Source: Candidatus Woesearchaeota archaeon (GTDB lineage Archaea > Nanobdellota > Nanobdellia > SCGC-AAA011-G17 > UBA489). From it: a stretch of DNA of 64,000 nt. This document shows positions 50,172 to 60,086 of this stretch, piece after piece. Position 1 is the stretch's first letter. Each line of letters begins with the position of its first letter. The stretch spans positions 148,254 to 212,253 of the forward strand of contig CAYIXG010000001.1 of assembly GCA_964367375.1 (NCBI GenBank), written 5' to 3'. The translations under genes were made by a program, and so were the position numbers. The notes under the pieces were generated by a model. The model saw nothing but the letters and a program-made list of their open reading frames with translations, ran no database searches and had not been told where the DNA came from.

Positions 50172-52067
50172 ATGACAAGAAGAAGACACACGTGGGCAGA
50201 TGAGCTGGGTGAAGAAAAAAAGAATCTGGTTCTTGATACTCTTTTATCAAAAATAGGAAGTGCTTCAAGAAAGTTTCATGAAGGACGATTTACCTTCACT
50301 ACAATAGGAGCAACATTGGGTGGATTAGATACGTTACTTTCTGGAGAGCTTGATTGGAAAGGTTTGGCATGGTTATTGGGTGGTGGATTAGCTTTCGATG
50401 CGTTAAAGGCAGGTGTTTATTACGTGAGAAACCAAGGGCAGATCAAAAAAATTAGAAACGAAAAAACAACAATTGGAAGGGTGATGGGCTCTGATTATTT
50501 AGAAGCGCTCATCACGAACATTCGAGAGTATGGATGTGCGCGAGGGGAGTGTGTGGCAATTGAAGAGCAGGTAAGCAACACAGAAGGTACAAACTTGCAC
50601 AGGGAGGGTTATACAATCTCGCTTATGTTCACGTTCGCAGATGGAACGCAAGTGCCAGCTTTTTTCAAGTACAACTACAGGCAGGGCAATGATGAGCATC
50701 CAGAGAATAATGGAAGAATAACGAGATTTTTGAGTGACAGAGGTCATTCGTTTGTGCCAAAAGTATTGAGTCCTGATATAGATGTATTAATGCAAGAACA
50801 GTTGTTTACTCTTGATAGGGAAAGAGGAACTGCTTCTCCAATAGAAGGTACAACAAACCGAGGATTGGTGTATGAATGGGTCAACGGTGCAAACTTGGAA
50901 TGGTTATTATACACGGAAAAAAATGTTGTGGTGAAAGGGAGCTTCAGGCAGAATACATTAAGTGTGAATGATATTCCTGTGGATGCACTTTTTGAGAATA
51001 TGTGGGAGGTGTATGAAGATGACTTGCGAGGATTTTTTTTACCTGCGAAAACAAGAACGTTTCACAATAGTTTAGTTGCAAAAATACAGCAAGCTTCACC
51101 AGAATTTGCATCTATAGTAGATAAGGTGCATAAAGAAACGATTACAGATGATGCATTGCTGTTGAAAGCGAGAATAATTCATGGTGATTTGCATCAAGGC
51201 AACATCATGGTAAATACAGGAGAAGTCATGACACACGGAATGTTTGGAACGCAGTTCACCGCAGCAGGGATTAAAGTATTTGATTGGGACAATGCGGAGA
51301 TTGGCATTCCTTATCAGGATTTCTTCCATTTTGCAGTTATTTCAGATTTTGAGAGAAGTGATGCATTTCCTGAAGCAAGAGCTAAATTCTTAAAAAAGCA
51401 GAAGAAAGTACTTCCTGGAGTGACTGAGGCGCAGACGAGATTGATCGAATTTGAAACCTATGTAAGTTTGCTCATGCGATATCATGCAGCAGTCGCAGAA
51501 AAAACGCTGAAGCCAGAGTTTGAGCAGAACATATTGACCTCATGCAGGTATTTGCTTGAGAAATCAAGAGCTGCAGTAGATGCGTTTGCTGCGACAACTG
51601 GAAATGATGGCATACGCACTGCATACGATCAATTTGTCAGGGAAAATCTGAGTGAAGTGGAAGCAACGCCATTTGATCAAAGTGCGAGCGTTGGCTATGC
51701 GCACACAGTTAATCATAAAGAGCGACGGATTAAAAATGGAGATTCATTAGCAGATGTGGTGCGGAAGAATCAGCAGGTCCATCAAAGAAGAATAGAGAGA
51801 AGAGTCAAGCAGACAAACCTTTATGGAAATATGCTATGGTTTGCAGCTGCATTAAACACGGCAGTCTACGCATATATAATGGGAGCGACATATGTTGGCA
51901 TGCAGGCAGGAAAGGTAAGTCAGGAGCACTTTTCTGAGGCTGCAGTGGATGGTGGGAAAGGTCTTCTTGCTATTTATGGATTGGCGTTACTTGGAAACAA
52001 CATTGATAGAATAGTAAGATGTGGGAAGCGAATGTATCACTGGTTTGCAGGGCAACGCAAATCATAG
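50172..52067 (+). CDS. protein-kinase-like fold (APH/ChoK-type) kinase, tandem paralog
   Basis: IIHGDLHQGNIM and FDWDNAEIGIPYQDFFHFAVISDFERS. Start directly abuts the upstream paralog's stop. Confidence 0.5.
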   Translation: MTRRRHTWADELGEEKKNLVLDTLLSKIGSASRKFHEGRFTFTTIGATLGGLDTLLSGELDWKGLAWLLGGGLAFDALKAGVYYVRNQGQIKKIRNEKTTIGRVMGSDYLEALITNIREYGCARGECVAIEEQVSNTEGTNLHREGYTISLMFTFADGTQVPAFFKYNYRQGNDEHPENNGRITRFLSDRGHSFVPKVLSPDIDVLMQEQLFTLDRERGTASPIEGTTNRGLVYEWVNGANLEWLLYTEKNVVVKGSFRQNTLSVNDIPVDALFENMWEVYEDDLRGFFLPAKTRTFHNSLVAKIQQASPEFASIVDKVHKETITDDALLLKARIIHGDLHQGNIMVNTGEVMTHGMFGTQFTAAGIKVFDWDNAEIGIPYQDFFHFAVISDFERSDAFPEARAKFLKKQKKVLPGVTEAQTRLIEFETYVSLLMRYHAAVAEKTLKPEFEQNILTSCRYLLEKSRAAVDAFAATTGNDGIRTAYDQFVRENLSEVEATPFDQSASVGYAHTVNHKERRIKNGDSLADVVRKNQQVHQRRIERRVKQTNLYGNMLWFAAALNTAVYAYIMGATYVGMQAGKVSQEHFSEAAVDGGKGLLAIYGLALLGNNIDRIVRCGKRMYHWFAGQRKS

Positions 52068-52117
52068 TGTGAAAGGTTTCAATAAAAGAAGAATTCTAAA
52101 CAGGAGTTATAAGCAAT

Positions 52118-53077
52118 ATGGTCATCATTTATCGTGGTAAAATTGAGGAAGTTGCACGAGAGTTGCAGAAGCATAAAGATGTGTTAGATGCGCAGTATGT
52201 GAAGATTCTCGGCAGTGAACGTGCGAAGAAGGTAGCAATAGGAGCAGAGAGATTGCTTCCTTCAGAAAGCTTTTTTGACACTCCAGAACAAGTAAAACAA
52301 GCAACTGGTGCTAATATTGAAGCGAATACACCGAATAAGATGTTGTTGGCGAGCGACACAAATATGGTGATTGGGGAAGATGGAAGAATAAGCAATAGAA
52401 AAATAAGGACTGCACCCGGATTTTATATTTCAGCAGCAGGGTTTGAACATTCTGGTTCTAAGCAGTTTACAGAGAATCCTCTAGCATCATATGTGCATGA
52501 GTTTGATCATTTTATATGGTATGCATTGCAAGAGAAGCCGTTTGCATTAATAAACATGGCTTTAGATGAAGCGTTGCAACCAAAACGAAAACCGCTTCAT
52601 CTTCCGAATTATGTTGAAGAACTGTTAGCAGCTCACCTTTCACAGGAAGAAATGTTACGGCGATTAGTCTTAGCAGTGTTTTCTGAGATAACTGAGGATG
52701 CGCATGAAAAATCAAATAGGATACTTGATCAATGGGTGTTAAGGTCAATAGGAGTGAACGTGCCTCTCGACTGGCGGGGAAAGGAAAAGGAGTATGCAGG
52801 ATTTCAGCTTCCAACAGGGCAGATCATCGGTTTGCCGGTTGGTGGAGATCAATTTAAAGGATTCAAGGATGAAGAGGTGCTTGAACGAATGATTAAATGG
52901 CAGGATCATTTTGCACCATCTCTTTCTGCGTATCGGTTTGGAGATAGAAGAGGCGTTTCTGGCAGCCCTCCCTATCTGCACAATCTTATTGAATCCTTCG
53001 GGAGCGTGAAGATATCTCGCGTGTCGCTTGTAGAGTTAAAAAGGTTATCCGCAAGAAAAAAGAAGCGGAGGGATTAG
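52118..53077 (+). CDS. hypothetical protein with HExxH (HEFDH) zincin-like motif
   Basis: 319 aa. YVHEFDHFIWYAL. Downstream of the kinase pair. Confidence 0.3.
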   Translation: MVIIYRGKIEEVARELQKHKDVLDAQYVKILGSERAKKVAIGAERLLPSESFFDTPEQVKQATGANIEANTPNKMLLASDTNMVIGEDGRISNRKIRTAPGFYISAAGFEHSGSKQFTENPLASYVHEFDHFIWYALQEKPFALINMALDEALQPKRKPLHLPNYVEELLAAHLSQEEMLRRLVLAVFSEITEDAHEKSNRILDQWVLRSIGVNVPLDWRGKEKEYAGFQLPTGQIIGLPVGGDQFKGFKDEEVLERMIKWQDHFAPSLSAYRFGDRRGVSGSPPYLHNLIESFGSVKISRVSLVELKRLSARKKKRRD

Positions 53078-53141
53078 TAAATGTGGTTTATACATATTGG
53101 ATAATAGTAATCTATTAAAACTGGTTCTTGTTCCTCTCGGA

Positions 53142-54872
53142 ATGCACCAACCAGCGCAAAAAACGAAGTATATAGTTGTTCTCGGTGGAGTGTTATCAGG
53201 CGTTGGGAAAGGTGTTGCAACGGCTTCTATTGGAAAGATTTTGAAGGAATACGGCTTGTCAGTCACTGCAATGAAGATTGATCCGTATCTGAATTTGAAT
53301 GCTGGCACCTTAAGACCTACAGAGCATGGGGAAGTCTGGGTGACTGATGATGGCGGTGAGATTGATCAGGATCTTGGCAATTATGAACGATTTCTCGGGG
53401 TTGACATTCCGAAGAAGAATTGTATCACCTCTGGGCAGATTTACAAGACAATTATTGATAAGGAGATTGCTGGCGGGTATCTAGGAAAGACAGTGCAGTT
53501 TATTCCGCACGTGCCGGATGAGGTGAAGCGCAGGATAAATGATGCTGCCGATGGATTTGAGGTGTGCTTGATTGAAGTTGGCGGAACAGTGGGCGATTAC
53601 GAGAACATTCCCTTTTTGTTTGCGGTAAAAAGTTTGGAGCGAGAGTTAGGAAAGGAAAACATGATGTATGTGCTTGTGTCTTATTTGCCTGTGCCATCTC
53701 ATGTGGGTGAGATGAAAACCAAGCCAACACAAATGGCAGTGAAGTTGTTGTCTGAGCAGGGTATTTTCCCTGATTTTATTTTGTGCCGTGCGGCAAAGCC
53801 GTTAGATGAGATACGGAGGAAGAAGATCGAGCAGTATGCAAACATTCCTGCAGAGCATGTCATTTCTGCTCCGGATGTGGATACTATTTATTCCATTCCA
53901 TTAAATTTTGAGAAGGAAAATCTGGGTGAGAAGATTATGAATCAGTTGAAGGTAACGCCAAAAAAGAAGCTGTCGTGGGATAAGTGGAAGGTGCTTGTGG
54001 ATATTTTGAGGAGCGCGCAGAAGAAGGTGCATATTGCGATGATCGGGAAATATGTGGAGAGTGGTGATTTTGTACTTTCTGATTCATACATTTCTGTGAA
54101 TGAATCATTGAAGCACGCTGCTGCAGCAATTGGGATGGGCATCACAATTTCCTGGGTGGATGCAAAGGCATTGGAGCAAGAAGAGGATATCAACCAAATG
54201 CTTGAAAAGTTTGATGGGATTGTTGTTCCTGGAGGATTTGGAGCGACAGGCGTTGAGGGGAAAATAAATGCAATTCAGTATGCACGGGAGCACAAAGTGC
54301 CCTATTTGGGGTTGTGTTATGGGATGCAGCTTGCGGTTGTTGAATTTGCGAGAAATGTGTGTAATTTGAAAGATGCGCACACAACAGAAATTAGTAAAGG
54401 CTGTGCATCTCCGGTGATTGACCTTCTTCCGGAGCAGCAGCAGGTGAAGGAGATGAGTGGCACGATGCGTCTGGGTGCGTTTGCTGCTGTGTTGAAGGAA
54501 GGCACGCAAATTGCGCGTCTGTATCAAGAGACGAAACGTGTGGAGAAAGATCAGGTGCGGTTAGAAACGCTTCGCGAGAATGGTGAAACATTGAGATTAG
54601 GGAAACTTCCAGAAAAAGGGATAGTGATCTTAGAAAGGCACAGGCATCGGTTTGAGCAAAATCCGAAGTTTGTCAAGGCATTGGAAGATAAGGGTATGGT
54701 TTTTTCTGGCTATCACGAGCGTCAGGATGGCACAAGATTGATGGAGTTTATTGAGCTTCCCGGACAAACCTTTTTGGGAACGCAAGCGCATCCGGAGTTC
54801 AAGTCGCGGTTGGAAGATCCATCGCCGTTATTTCTGGGATTTGTGGAGGCTGCTGCCAAGCAGAAAGCTTAA
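53142..54872 (+). CDS. pyrG: CTP synthase
   Basis: KYIVVLGGVLSGVGKG N-terminus. GATase catalytic GLCYGMQ. Start placed at MHQPAQK (the ORF opens at 53097). Confidence 0.9.
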   Translation: MHQPAQKTKYIVVLGGVLSGVGKGVATASIGKILKEYGLSVTAMKIDPYLNLNAGTLRPTEHGEVWVTDDGGEIDQDLGNYERFLGVDIPKKNCITSGQIYKTIIDKEIAGGYLGKTVQFIPHVPDEVKRRINDAADGFEVCLIEVGGTVGDYENIPFLFAVKSLERELGKENMMYVLVSYLPVPSHVGEMKTKPTQMAVKLLSEQGIFPDFILCRAAKPLDEIRRKKIEQYANIPAEHVISAPDVDTIYSIPLNFEKENLGEKIMNQLKVTPKKKLSWDKWKVLVDILRSAQKKVHIAMIGKYVESGDFVLSDSYISVNESLKHAAAAIGMGITISWVDAKALEQEEDINQMLEKFDGIVVPGGFGATGVEGKINAIQYAREHKVPYLGLCYGMQLAVVEFARNVCNLKDAHTTEISKGCASPVIDLLPEQQQVKEMSGTMRLGAFAAVLKEGTQIARLYQETKRVEKDQVRLETLRENGETLRLGKLPEKGIVILERHRHRFEQNPKFVKALEDKGMVFSGYHERQDGTRLMEFIELPGQTFLGTQAHPEFKSRLEDPSPLFLGFVEAAAKQKA

Positions 54873-54898
54873 AAAGAGGTCATGAAGCATTTGAGAAT

Positions 54899-55258
54899 AT
54901 GTCACCATCAGAGCAGATTATTTATGAAGTAACAAATGGAGCAGTTCCTCCTTTGTACGAGCCGCGAAATCTGGAGCGTGTTGTTTTAAGCCAAAATGGA
55001 TGGCCTAATCAGGATGGGTTTTCGAGTGATAGAAGAGGAGCATTGATATGGGCGCATCGTGAAGGAGGAGTCACGATGCTTGGGTTTCATTTGTGTGGTG
55101 TGTCCTTGCAATATGTGCATCGTCCGCATAATGGAAGTGCATCTGTGTTGTTCAAAGCGATTGGTGAGCCTGAGTACATAGATCCTGTTGTGAACAGGTT
55201 TAGAGTGTTGGAAGAGACGTTTGTGGATCTTCCAGTAATGAAAAAGGCACGAGCATAA
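54899..55258 (+). CDS. hypothetical protein
   Basis: 119-aa ORF between pyrG and dut. Confidence 0.3.
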   Translation: MSPSEQIIYEVTNGAVPPLYEPRNLERVVLSQNGWPNQDGFSSDRRGALIWAHREGGVTMLGFHLCGVSLQYVHRPHNGSASVLFKAIGEPEYIDPVVNRFRVLEETFVDLPVMKKARA

Positions 55259-55696
55259 TCATCCGGTGCTGCCAAATCCGCCGCGTGTTTTTTTTGTGAT
55301 TTCATCCACTTCTTCAAAGTCAACTTTGGTTATCTTGACGAAAACTGCTTGCGCGATGCGTTCTCCTTTTTCGATGATGACGGGCTGGTCTGCGAAGTTG
55401 TATACTTGCAGTTGTAAAACATCGTCTGGGCCGCAGTAATCCTGGTCGATGATGCCAATGCCATGAGGAATGAGCAGGTTTTTCTTTCGGGGTGTGGAGG
55501 ATCTGGGAACAAGCACAAGCATATGATCTGGTGGTGTTTCAATGATGGTGTTTAAGGGAACAAGGGCAACTGTTTTAGGAGGAATAATTACTTCTTTCCC
55601 GCTCGTGAGGTCAAATGCTGCCGCTCCTTTTGTGTGGTATTGGGGTAAAGGAATGGTTTTGTCGATGCGTTTAATGGCGGCTTTCATGGATATCAA
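55259..55696 (-). CDS. dut: dUTP diphosphatase (trimeric dUTPase)
   Basis: All five dUTPase motifs: AAAFDL, RSSTPRK, GIIDQDYCG, GERIAQ, RGGFGSTG. Confidence 0.85.
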   Translation of the reverse strand: MISMKAAIKRIDKTIPLPQYHTKGAAAFDLTSGKEVIIPPKTVALVPLNTIIETPPDHMLVLVPRSSTPRKKNLLIPHGIGIIDQDYCGPDDVLQLQVYNFADQPVIIEKGERIAQAVFVKITKVDFEEVDEITKKTRGGFGSTG

Positions 55697-55853
55697 TTGA
55701 AGTGTGAAGAATAATAAATTTTGAATTGAAGTTTATAAAGATTATGGGAATGAAAGAGTGGCAATAAATATATGCACTTTGTTGGTCGTGTTGGAAATGA
55801 TATAATTACAAAGAAGATGTGTTTAAATAGGTAAGAAAGGTGATAGAAAAAAG

Positions 55854-57605
55854 ATGCCGTTAAAAAATTTTTCTGAGGAAGAAGCAGAGAAGATTCGCGC
55901 GTTTTTGTTTACCAATCCTCATGGAGACACGAGTTTTGTGTATCCACAGCAATTAGTTGCAGGGGAAGAGCTTTCTCCATTAATGGCTGCGTATTCGCGC
56001 ACGCATATTCCTTTTCAAGACAGAGTATTGCAATTTCTTGATGTTGAGAAGCCTGAGCAAACGCGGGGTTTTCTTCCCTTCATTGATCCGCTGGTGCAGC
56101 TGTTTCGGAATGCTGATGGGTCGCTTGTTGTCTCTCGGAAGACGCGGGGGTTTAATGAGGAGTGGGTGTTGAAGCATGGGCATAGTTCAATTAAGGAGGA
56201 GACTGCCTTGTTTGGATATTGTGAAGATGTTTCTGACATCACAGGGAAGCAAATCACCGGCCATCCATTAATAAAGCCGCAGGTGAAGTCAACGCGCTAT
56301 CTTTCCTATGGGAAAGTGTTGGAGCGTTCGCTTGATGATCCAGACATACGTTCTTTACCGAATGCAGATCGTATTCTTGAGCACATTGTTTTTCTGAATA
56401 AAAGATATCTTGAAGTTGCAGAGCAGCTTGCAACATTGGTGTGGGAGCATGCAGATACGAGAGAAGCAGTTGCGTTTCTCAGAAGTCCAGCAGTGGTAGA
56501 AAGGGAAGTGAGGCGGCGTTTTGAAAAAGCAGGAAAAAGTAACCCTTCAGAAGAAGAATGGAAAAAAGAATATAGATCTGTAGAGAAAGGGGTAGCTGAT
56601 GAGGGAATAAGGAAGGATGTTGCAAAAGGCGTTCTTGATGATGCGCGGGTGTATCTTCCTGCAGTGACACGAACGTCTATCGGATTCTCTGTTGATGCGA
56701 GAACCTTAGAAGATGTTATCATAAATCTTATTTCAAGTGAAAGACAGGAAGATCAAGAAAGAGGAAATGTGCTCTGGAGAGAGGCGAGAAAGATAGCTCC
56801 AGTGCTTCTTGGAGAGAGAAGTCATGTGAAAAGGGATGAGTGGAGAAGGGCAACAGAGAAGGAGCTGAGGGTGTATGTGGAGCGTAATCTTGGCCATTGT
56901 GATAGTGAAGAGAAAAGAAGAGTGCGTTTAATCACGCCGCGAGGGATTGATATAGATTCTGATATATGGAGCGCGACGGTGGTTGCGTTCCAGTATGCTG
57001 ATGCGTCTGTGTTGGATATATATACGCTAATGACAGAGGAGCATGCTGCTGACATTCTTGAGTTGGCACATAAGCACAGATCAGATCATGATGTGCTGCA
57101 TCCTGCGATTGCGCATAGTGGGTTTATGGTTGAGTTTTTGATGGGATATCATGCGTATCGTGATGTGTTTCGTCACAGAAGAGGTTCGAGAACGAATCAG
57201 CGGTTGACAACAATGCATGGGTTTGAGGTTCCGGAAATATTCAAGGTTTTTGGGATAGATGAAAGATACAAAGAGGATATGGAGAAAGCGGCGCAGGTCT
57301 ATGAAATGGTCAGGAGACAGGCAGGGATGCAGGTTGCGGAGAAGCTCGTTCCGTTTGGAGCATTGTGTCGGTCGTTGCATTCCTGGCAGGTCAATCAGAT
57401 GGGATATGTAGGAAGGTTGAGAAGTGACATTGCAAAGGGGAATCGGTCGTATGTGGAAGTAACACGAGAGCTCATGGCTGAAGTGGGAAAAGTGCTTCCG
57501 GAGACTGCAAAATATTTGAGGTATGATACGCGAGAATATCCTTCACACCTCTGGAAGGGTGCATATGAATGGTATGATGCGACGCAACGAGGGAAGGGAA
57601 AATGA
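55854..57605 (+). CDS. ThyX-like (flavin-dependent thymidylate synthase family) protein, long tandem/degenerate form
   Basis: The C-terminal half carries FRHRRGSRTNQ (RHRxxS). The N-terminal half carries KSTRY (SxRY-like). 583 aa against about 220-250 for canonical ThyX. Confidence 0.5.
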   Translation: MPLKNFSEEEAEKIRAFLFTNPHGDTSFVYPQQLVAGEELSPLMAAYSRTHIPFQDRVLQFLDVEKPEQTRGFLPFIDPLVQLFRNADGSLVVSRKTRGFNEEWVLKHGHSSIKEETALFGYCEDVSDITGKQITGHPLIKPQVKSTRYLSYGKVLERSLDDPDIRSLPNADRILEHIVFLNKRYLEVAEQLATLVWEHADTREAVAFLRSPAVVEREVRRRFEKAGKSNPSEEEWKKEYRSVEKGVADEGIRKDVAKGVLDDARVYLPAVTRTSIGFSVDARTLEDVIINLISSERQEDQERGNVLWREARKIAPVLLGERSHVKRDEWRRATEKELRVYVERNLGHCDSEEKRRVRLITPRGIDIDSDIWSATVVAFQYADASVLDIYTLMTEEHAADILELAHKHRSDHDVLHPAIAHSGFMVEFLMGYHAYRDVFRHRRGSRTNQRLTTMHGFEVPEIFKVFGIDERYKEDMEKAAQVYEMVRRQAGMQVAEKLVPFGALCRSLHSWQVNQMGYVGRLRSDIAKGNRSYVEVTRELMAEVGKVLPETAKYLRYDTREYPSHLWKGAYEWYDATQRGKGK

Positions 57606-58252
57606 AGATAGAAATCTTGCGAAGAATTCCTTTTTCTGAATTGGAAGATATGATAAGGCGTGTGCCGTTGAAGGGAAAGACTCCTGAGGGAAAAGATATC
57701 TTGGTATATCAGCATGCGCGGATTGCGCTGAAACAGCTTGAGGCTGGTGAGGTGAATCCGACAACGTTTTATCTGGTAAGAAAGAATATGGATGTGCAAA
57801 GAGAGATACGTGCATGCTTGCGTGCAGAGCATGGCATTGACAGTCTTCAGCTTGATGGCGCGTTGGAGATTCAGAATGATCAAGGAGAGGTGTGGACATT
57901 AACGCCTCCGATTGTTGAATTCACTTCAAGGATTGTGCACTATGTTGCGCAGCAGGGGGAGAAAGAGTGTGAAAGAAATGTAAAGATTGCAATTCCTATC
58001 GTTAATGATGGTGCGCATCGGGTTGCGCTCGCAAGGGATTTAGGAGTTCCTTTTAATGCAGTGGTTATTTCTGGCGCATTGGAGGCATTTCTCTTTTATG
58101 CGCATCCGAATGCGTGGGATGAAGTGCGTTTAGTTGATGCAGTTCCTGCACAAAGAGAGGAGAAGAAGTTATACATAAGAGACGACTGTTATTTCTTGTA
58201 TCGTGATTTTGGTGTATTGGGATGCGGAGCTCCGCGGAGTCCTCACAAATAA
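57602..58252 (+). CDS. ParB/sulfiredoxin-like (ParB N-terminal NTP-binding/nuclease fold) protein
   Basis: IPIVNDGAHRVALARDLGVPFNAVVI matches the DGhHR…ArelG core of the ParB/Srx fold. Stop overlaps the next gene. Confidence 0.45.
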   Translation: MKIEILRRIPFSELEDMIRRVPLKGKTPEGKDILVYQHARIALKQLEAGEVNPTTFYLVRKNMDVQREIRACLRAEHGIDSLQLDGALEIQNDQGEVWTLTPPIVEFTSRIVHYVAQQGEKECERNVKIAIPIVNDGAHRVALARDLGVPFNAVVISGALEAFLFYAHPNAWDEVRLVDAVPAQREEKKLYIRDDCYFLYRDFGVLGCGAPRSPHK

Positions 58253-58253
58253 A

Positions 58254-58871
58254 ATGGCAAAGCTCATTCATATTGTGGGAACATCAGGGTCTGGAAAGCA
58301 AACATTGCAGCAAGACCTTCGGCAAAGAGTTGAGCGTGCAGGTTTTGCTGTTGAGGAGATTGTTGAGCCTGGTCCGTTAGCGAGGTTCATTAAGGAATAT
58401 CGTCTCTCTCCAGAGAAAGACCCGTGGGTTGAAGTTGCATTGTTTACTGCAGATCGAACGATGACTTATGCACAAAAGATTCTTCCAAGAATACATGATC
58501 CAAATAGGGTGTTTGTGAGCGCTCGGGGATTGCCAGACACGATTGTCTATCAAGGGTTGATTGGAGGTGTGGATATTCCAATCATTATGAGGATGAATAG
58601 GCATATTCCTGAGTCTGATCTGTATCTTGTGCTTGTTGTGAGTGGAAATGTGGGTCATGAGAGGATACGGGCAAGATATTGTTCGAGTGGAAGAGATGAG
58701 CATAGGATAAGTCCGAACGAGCAGCCTGCTGCGATTGATAAATTAGCAGCAGAGTATCGAACGCTTCCTGATTTTTTTCATAATGTGCATGTGATTGATA
58801 CAACCTCTCTTTCTCCTGAGGAAGTGGGAGAAGCAGCGTGGAAAGAAGTTGAGAGTGTGTTGAAAAAATGA
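58254..58871 (+). CDS. divergent thymidylate-kinase-fold P-loop (d)NMP kinase
   Basis: P-loop IHIVGTSGSGKQT, ALFTADRTMTYAQ (Tmk FaaDR-like motif), lid region. Distinct from the canonical tmk at 63567. Confidence 0.5.
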   Translation: MAKLIHIVGTSGSGKQTLQQDLRQRVERAGFAVEEIVEPGPLARFIKEYRLSPEKDPWVEVALFTADRTMTYAQKILPRIHDPNRVFVSARGLPDTIVYQGLIGGVDIPIIMRMNRHIPESDLYLVLVVSGNVGHERIRARYCSSGRDEHRISPNEQPAAIDKLAAEYRTLPDFFHNVHVIDTTSLSPEEVGEAAWKEVESVLKK

Positions 58872-59521
58872 GTGAAAAAGAAGTGGATGTTGTTGGTTTT
58901 GATCTGGATAATACATTGTATACGCTTACAGAGGAAATGCAGTCCTGGATAAGGCAGAGGGTGTGTGTAGTTACAAGTGAAAGGTTGAGGAGAGATAGTG
59001 GTGAAGTGCAAAGGGAATTTGAAGAAAGGTATAAAGAGTTGCAGAGTGCGCGACGATCCCTCATGGCCTTAGGATTGCCAGAGGATGAATCTATAGACAT
59101 TGTGCAGCGTTGTTTAGAAGAGGAAGAAATAGTAGGATTCATCAAGAGGGATGAGCAGCTTGCTGCATTAATAGGTAAATTGCGAAAAGAATATGGGCTT
59201 TTTTTGATTACAGGAAGTAATGAAAAGCTCACAGGAGAAAAATTAAGAAGGTTGGGTGTGGAGAAAGAAGTTTTTTCAGTAATGGTGTGTGCAAACACTC
59301 AATACAGAAGGGAAGATGGCTCTGCATTTCACTATGTGTCTGCAGCGCTGCAAGTTCCTCATCAGCGGATGCTTTTTGTGGGTGATAGAGAAGCAGTTGA
59401 CATTCTTCCCGCAGCGCGATTAGGAATCAAAACAGCAATAGTAAATGGGCGTTCTGCGCATGCAACGTATAATTTGAGCACTCTTTATGATCTTGAAGGG
59501 ATTCTTTTAGCAAGAAGGTGA
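58868..59521 (+). CDS. HAD-superfamily phosphatase (nucleotidase-like)
   Basis: Motif I VVGFDLDNTLY (DxDxT). Confidence 0.6.
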   Translation: MSEKEVDVVGFDLDNTLYTLTEEMQSWIRQRVCVVTSERLRRDSGEVQREFEERYKELQSARRSLMALGLPEDESIDIVQRCLEEEEIVGFIKRDEQLAALIGKLRKEYGLFLITGSNEKLTGEKLRRLGVEKEVFSVMVCANTQYRREDGSAFHYVSAALQVPHQRMLFVGDREAVDILPAARLGIKTAIVNGRSAHATYNLSTLYDLEGILLARR

Positions 59522-59525
59522 ATGG

Positions 59526-60086
59526 TTAATCTTGGCTGATTTTGCTTGCCCCTGGCCCGACAGATTTCAGATATTTTGAATCTGGTCGTTTATCATAGGG
59601 TGTGCTGGTGGGAGTGCTGAGTTTGTCAAATGTGATTCTGCAGATGCGTGATCCTGGCCAGAGCTTGATGGGAACTTTTGCAATGTTCACAATTTCCAGG
59701 GTAATATTGCCTTCGAATCCGGGGTCAATGGATCCGGCTGTGGAGTGAATCACCAATCCTAATCGTGCGAGTGAGCTTCTTCCATCGAGCCGTCCGACAA
59801 GGTCATAGGGGAGCTTGACGTATTCCTTTGTGCTTCCGAGGACAAGTTCTCCAGGATGGATGACAATAGAGTTACCTTCGTCAATAAGGAAGCTGTGCAT
59901 GTGGTGGTCTTTCACGCCTTCTTTGGTGTCGATGTGGGTTAAGTCATTGTATTTGTACATCTTAAATTGGGAGCTTAAATGGAGATCAACAGATGCCATG
60001 GAGATGCATTCGGGCAGGTGATCTTTAATTAACAGAGCTCCAGAAGAAAGGTATTTTTTGATGTCAATGTCGCTTAAGACTACCAT
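59526..60086 (-). CDS. dcd: dCTP deaminase
   Basis: 186 aa. LPYDLVGRLDGRSSLARLGL…AGSIDPGF matches the Dcd/dUTPase-like jelly-roll motifs. Confidence 0.8.
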   Translation of the reverse strand: MVVLSDIDIKKYLSSGALLIKDHLPECISMASVDLHLSSQFKMYKYNDLTHIDTKEGVKDHHMHSFLIDEGNSIVIHPGELVLGSTKEYVKLPYDLVGRLDGRSSLARLGLVIHSTAGSIDPGFEGNITLEIVNIAKVPIKLWPGSRICRITFDKLSTPTSTPYDKRPDSKYLKSVGPGASKISQD

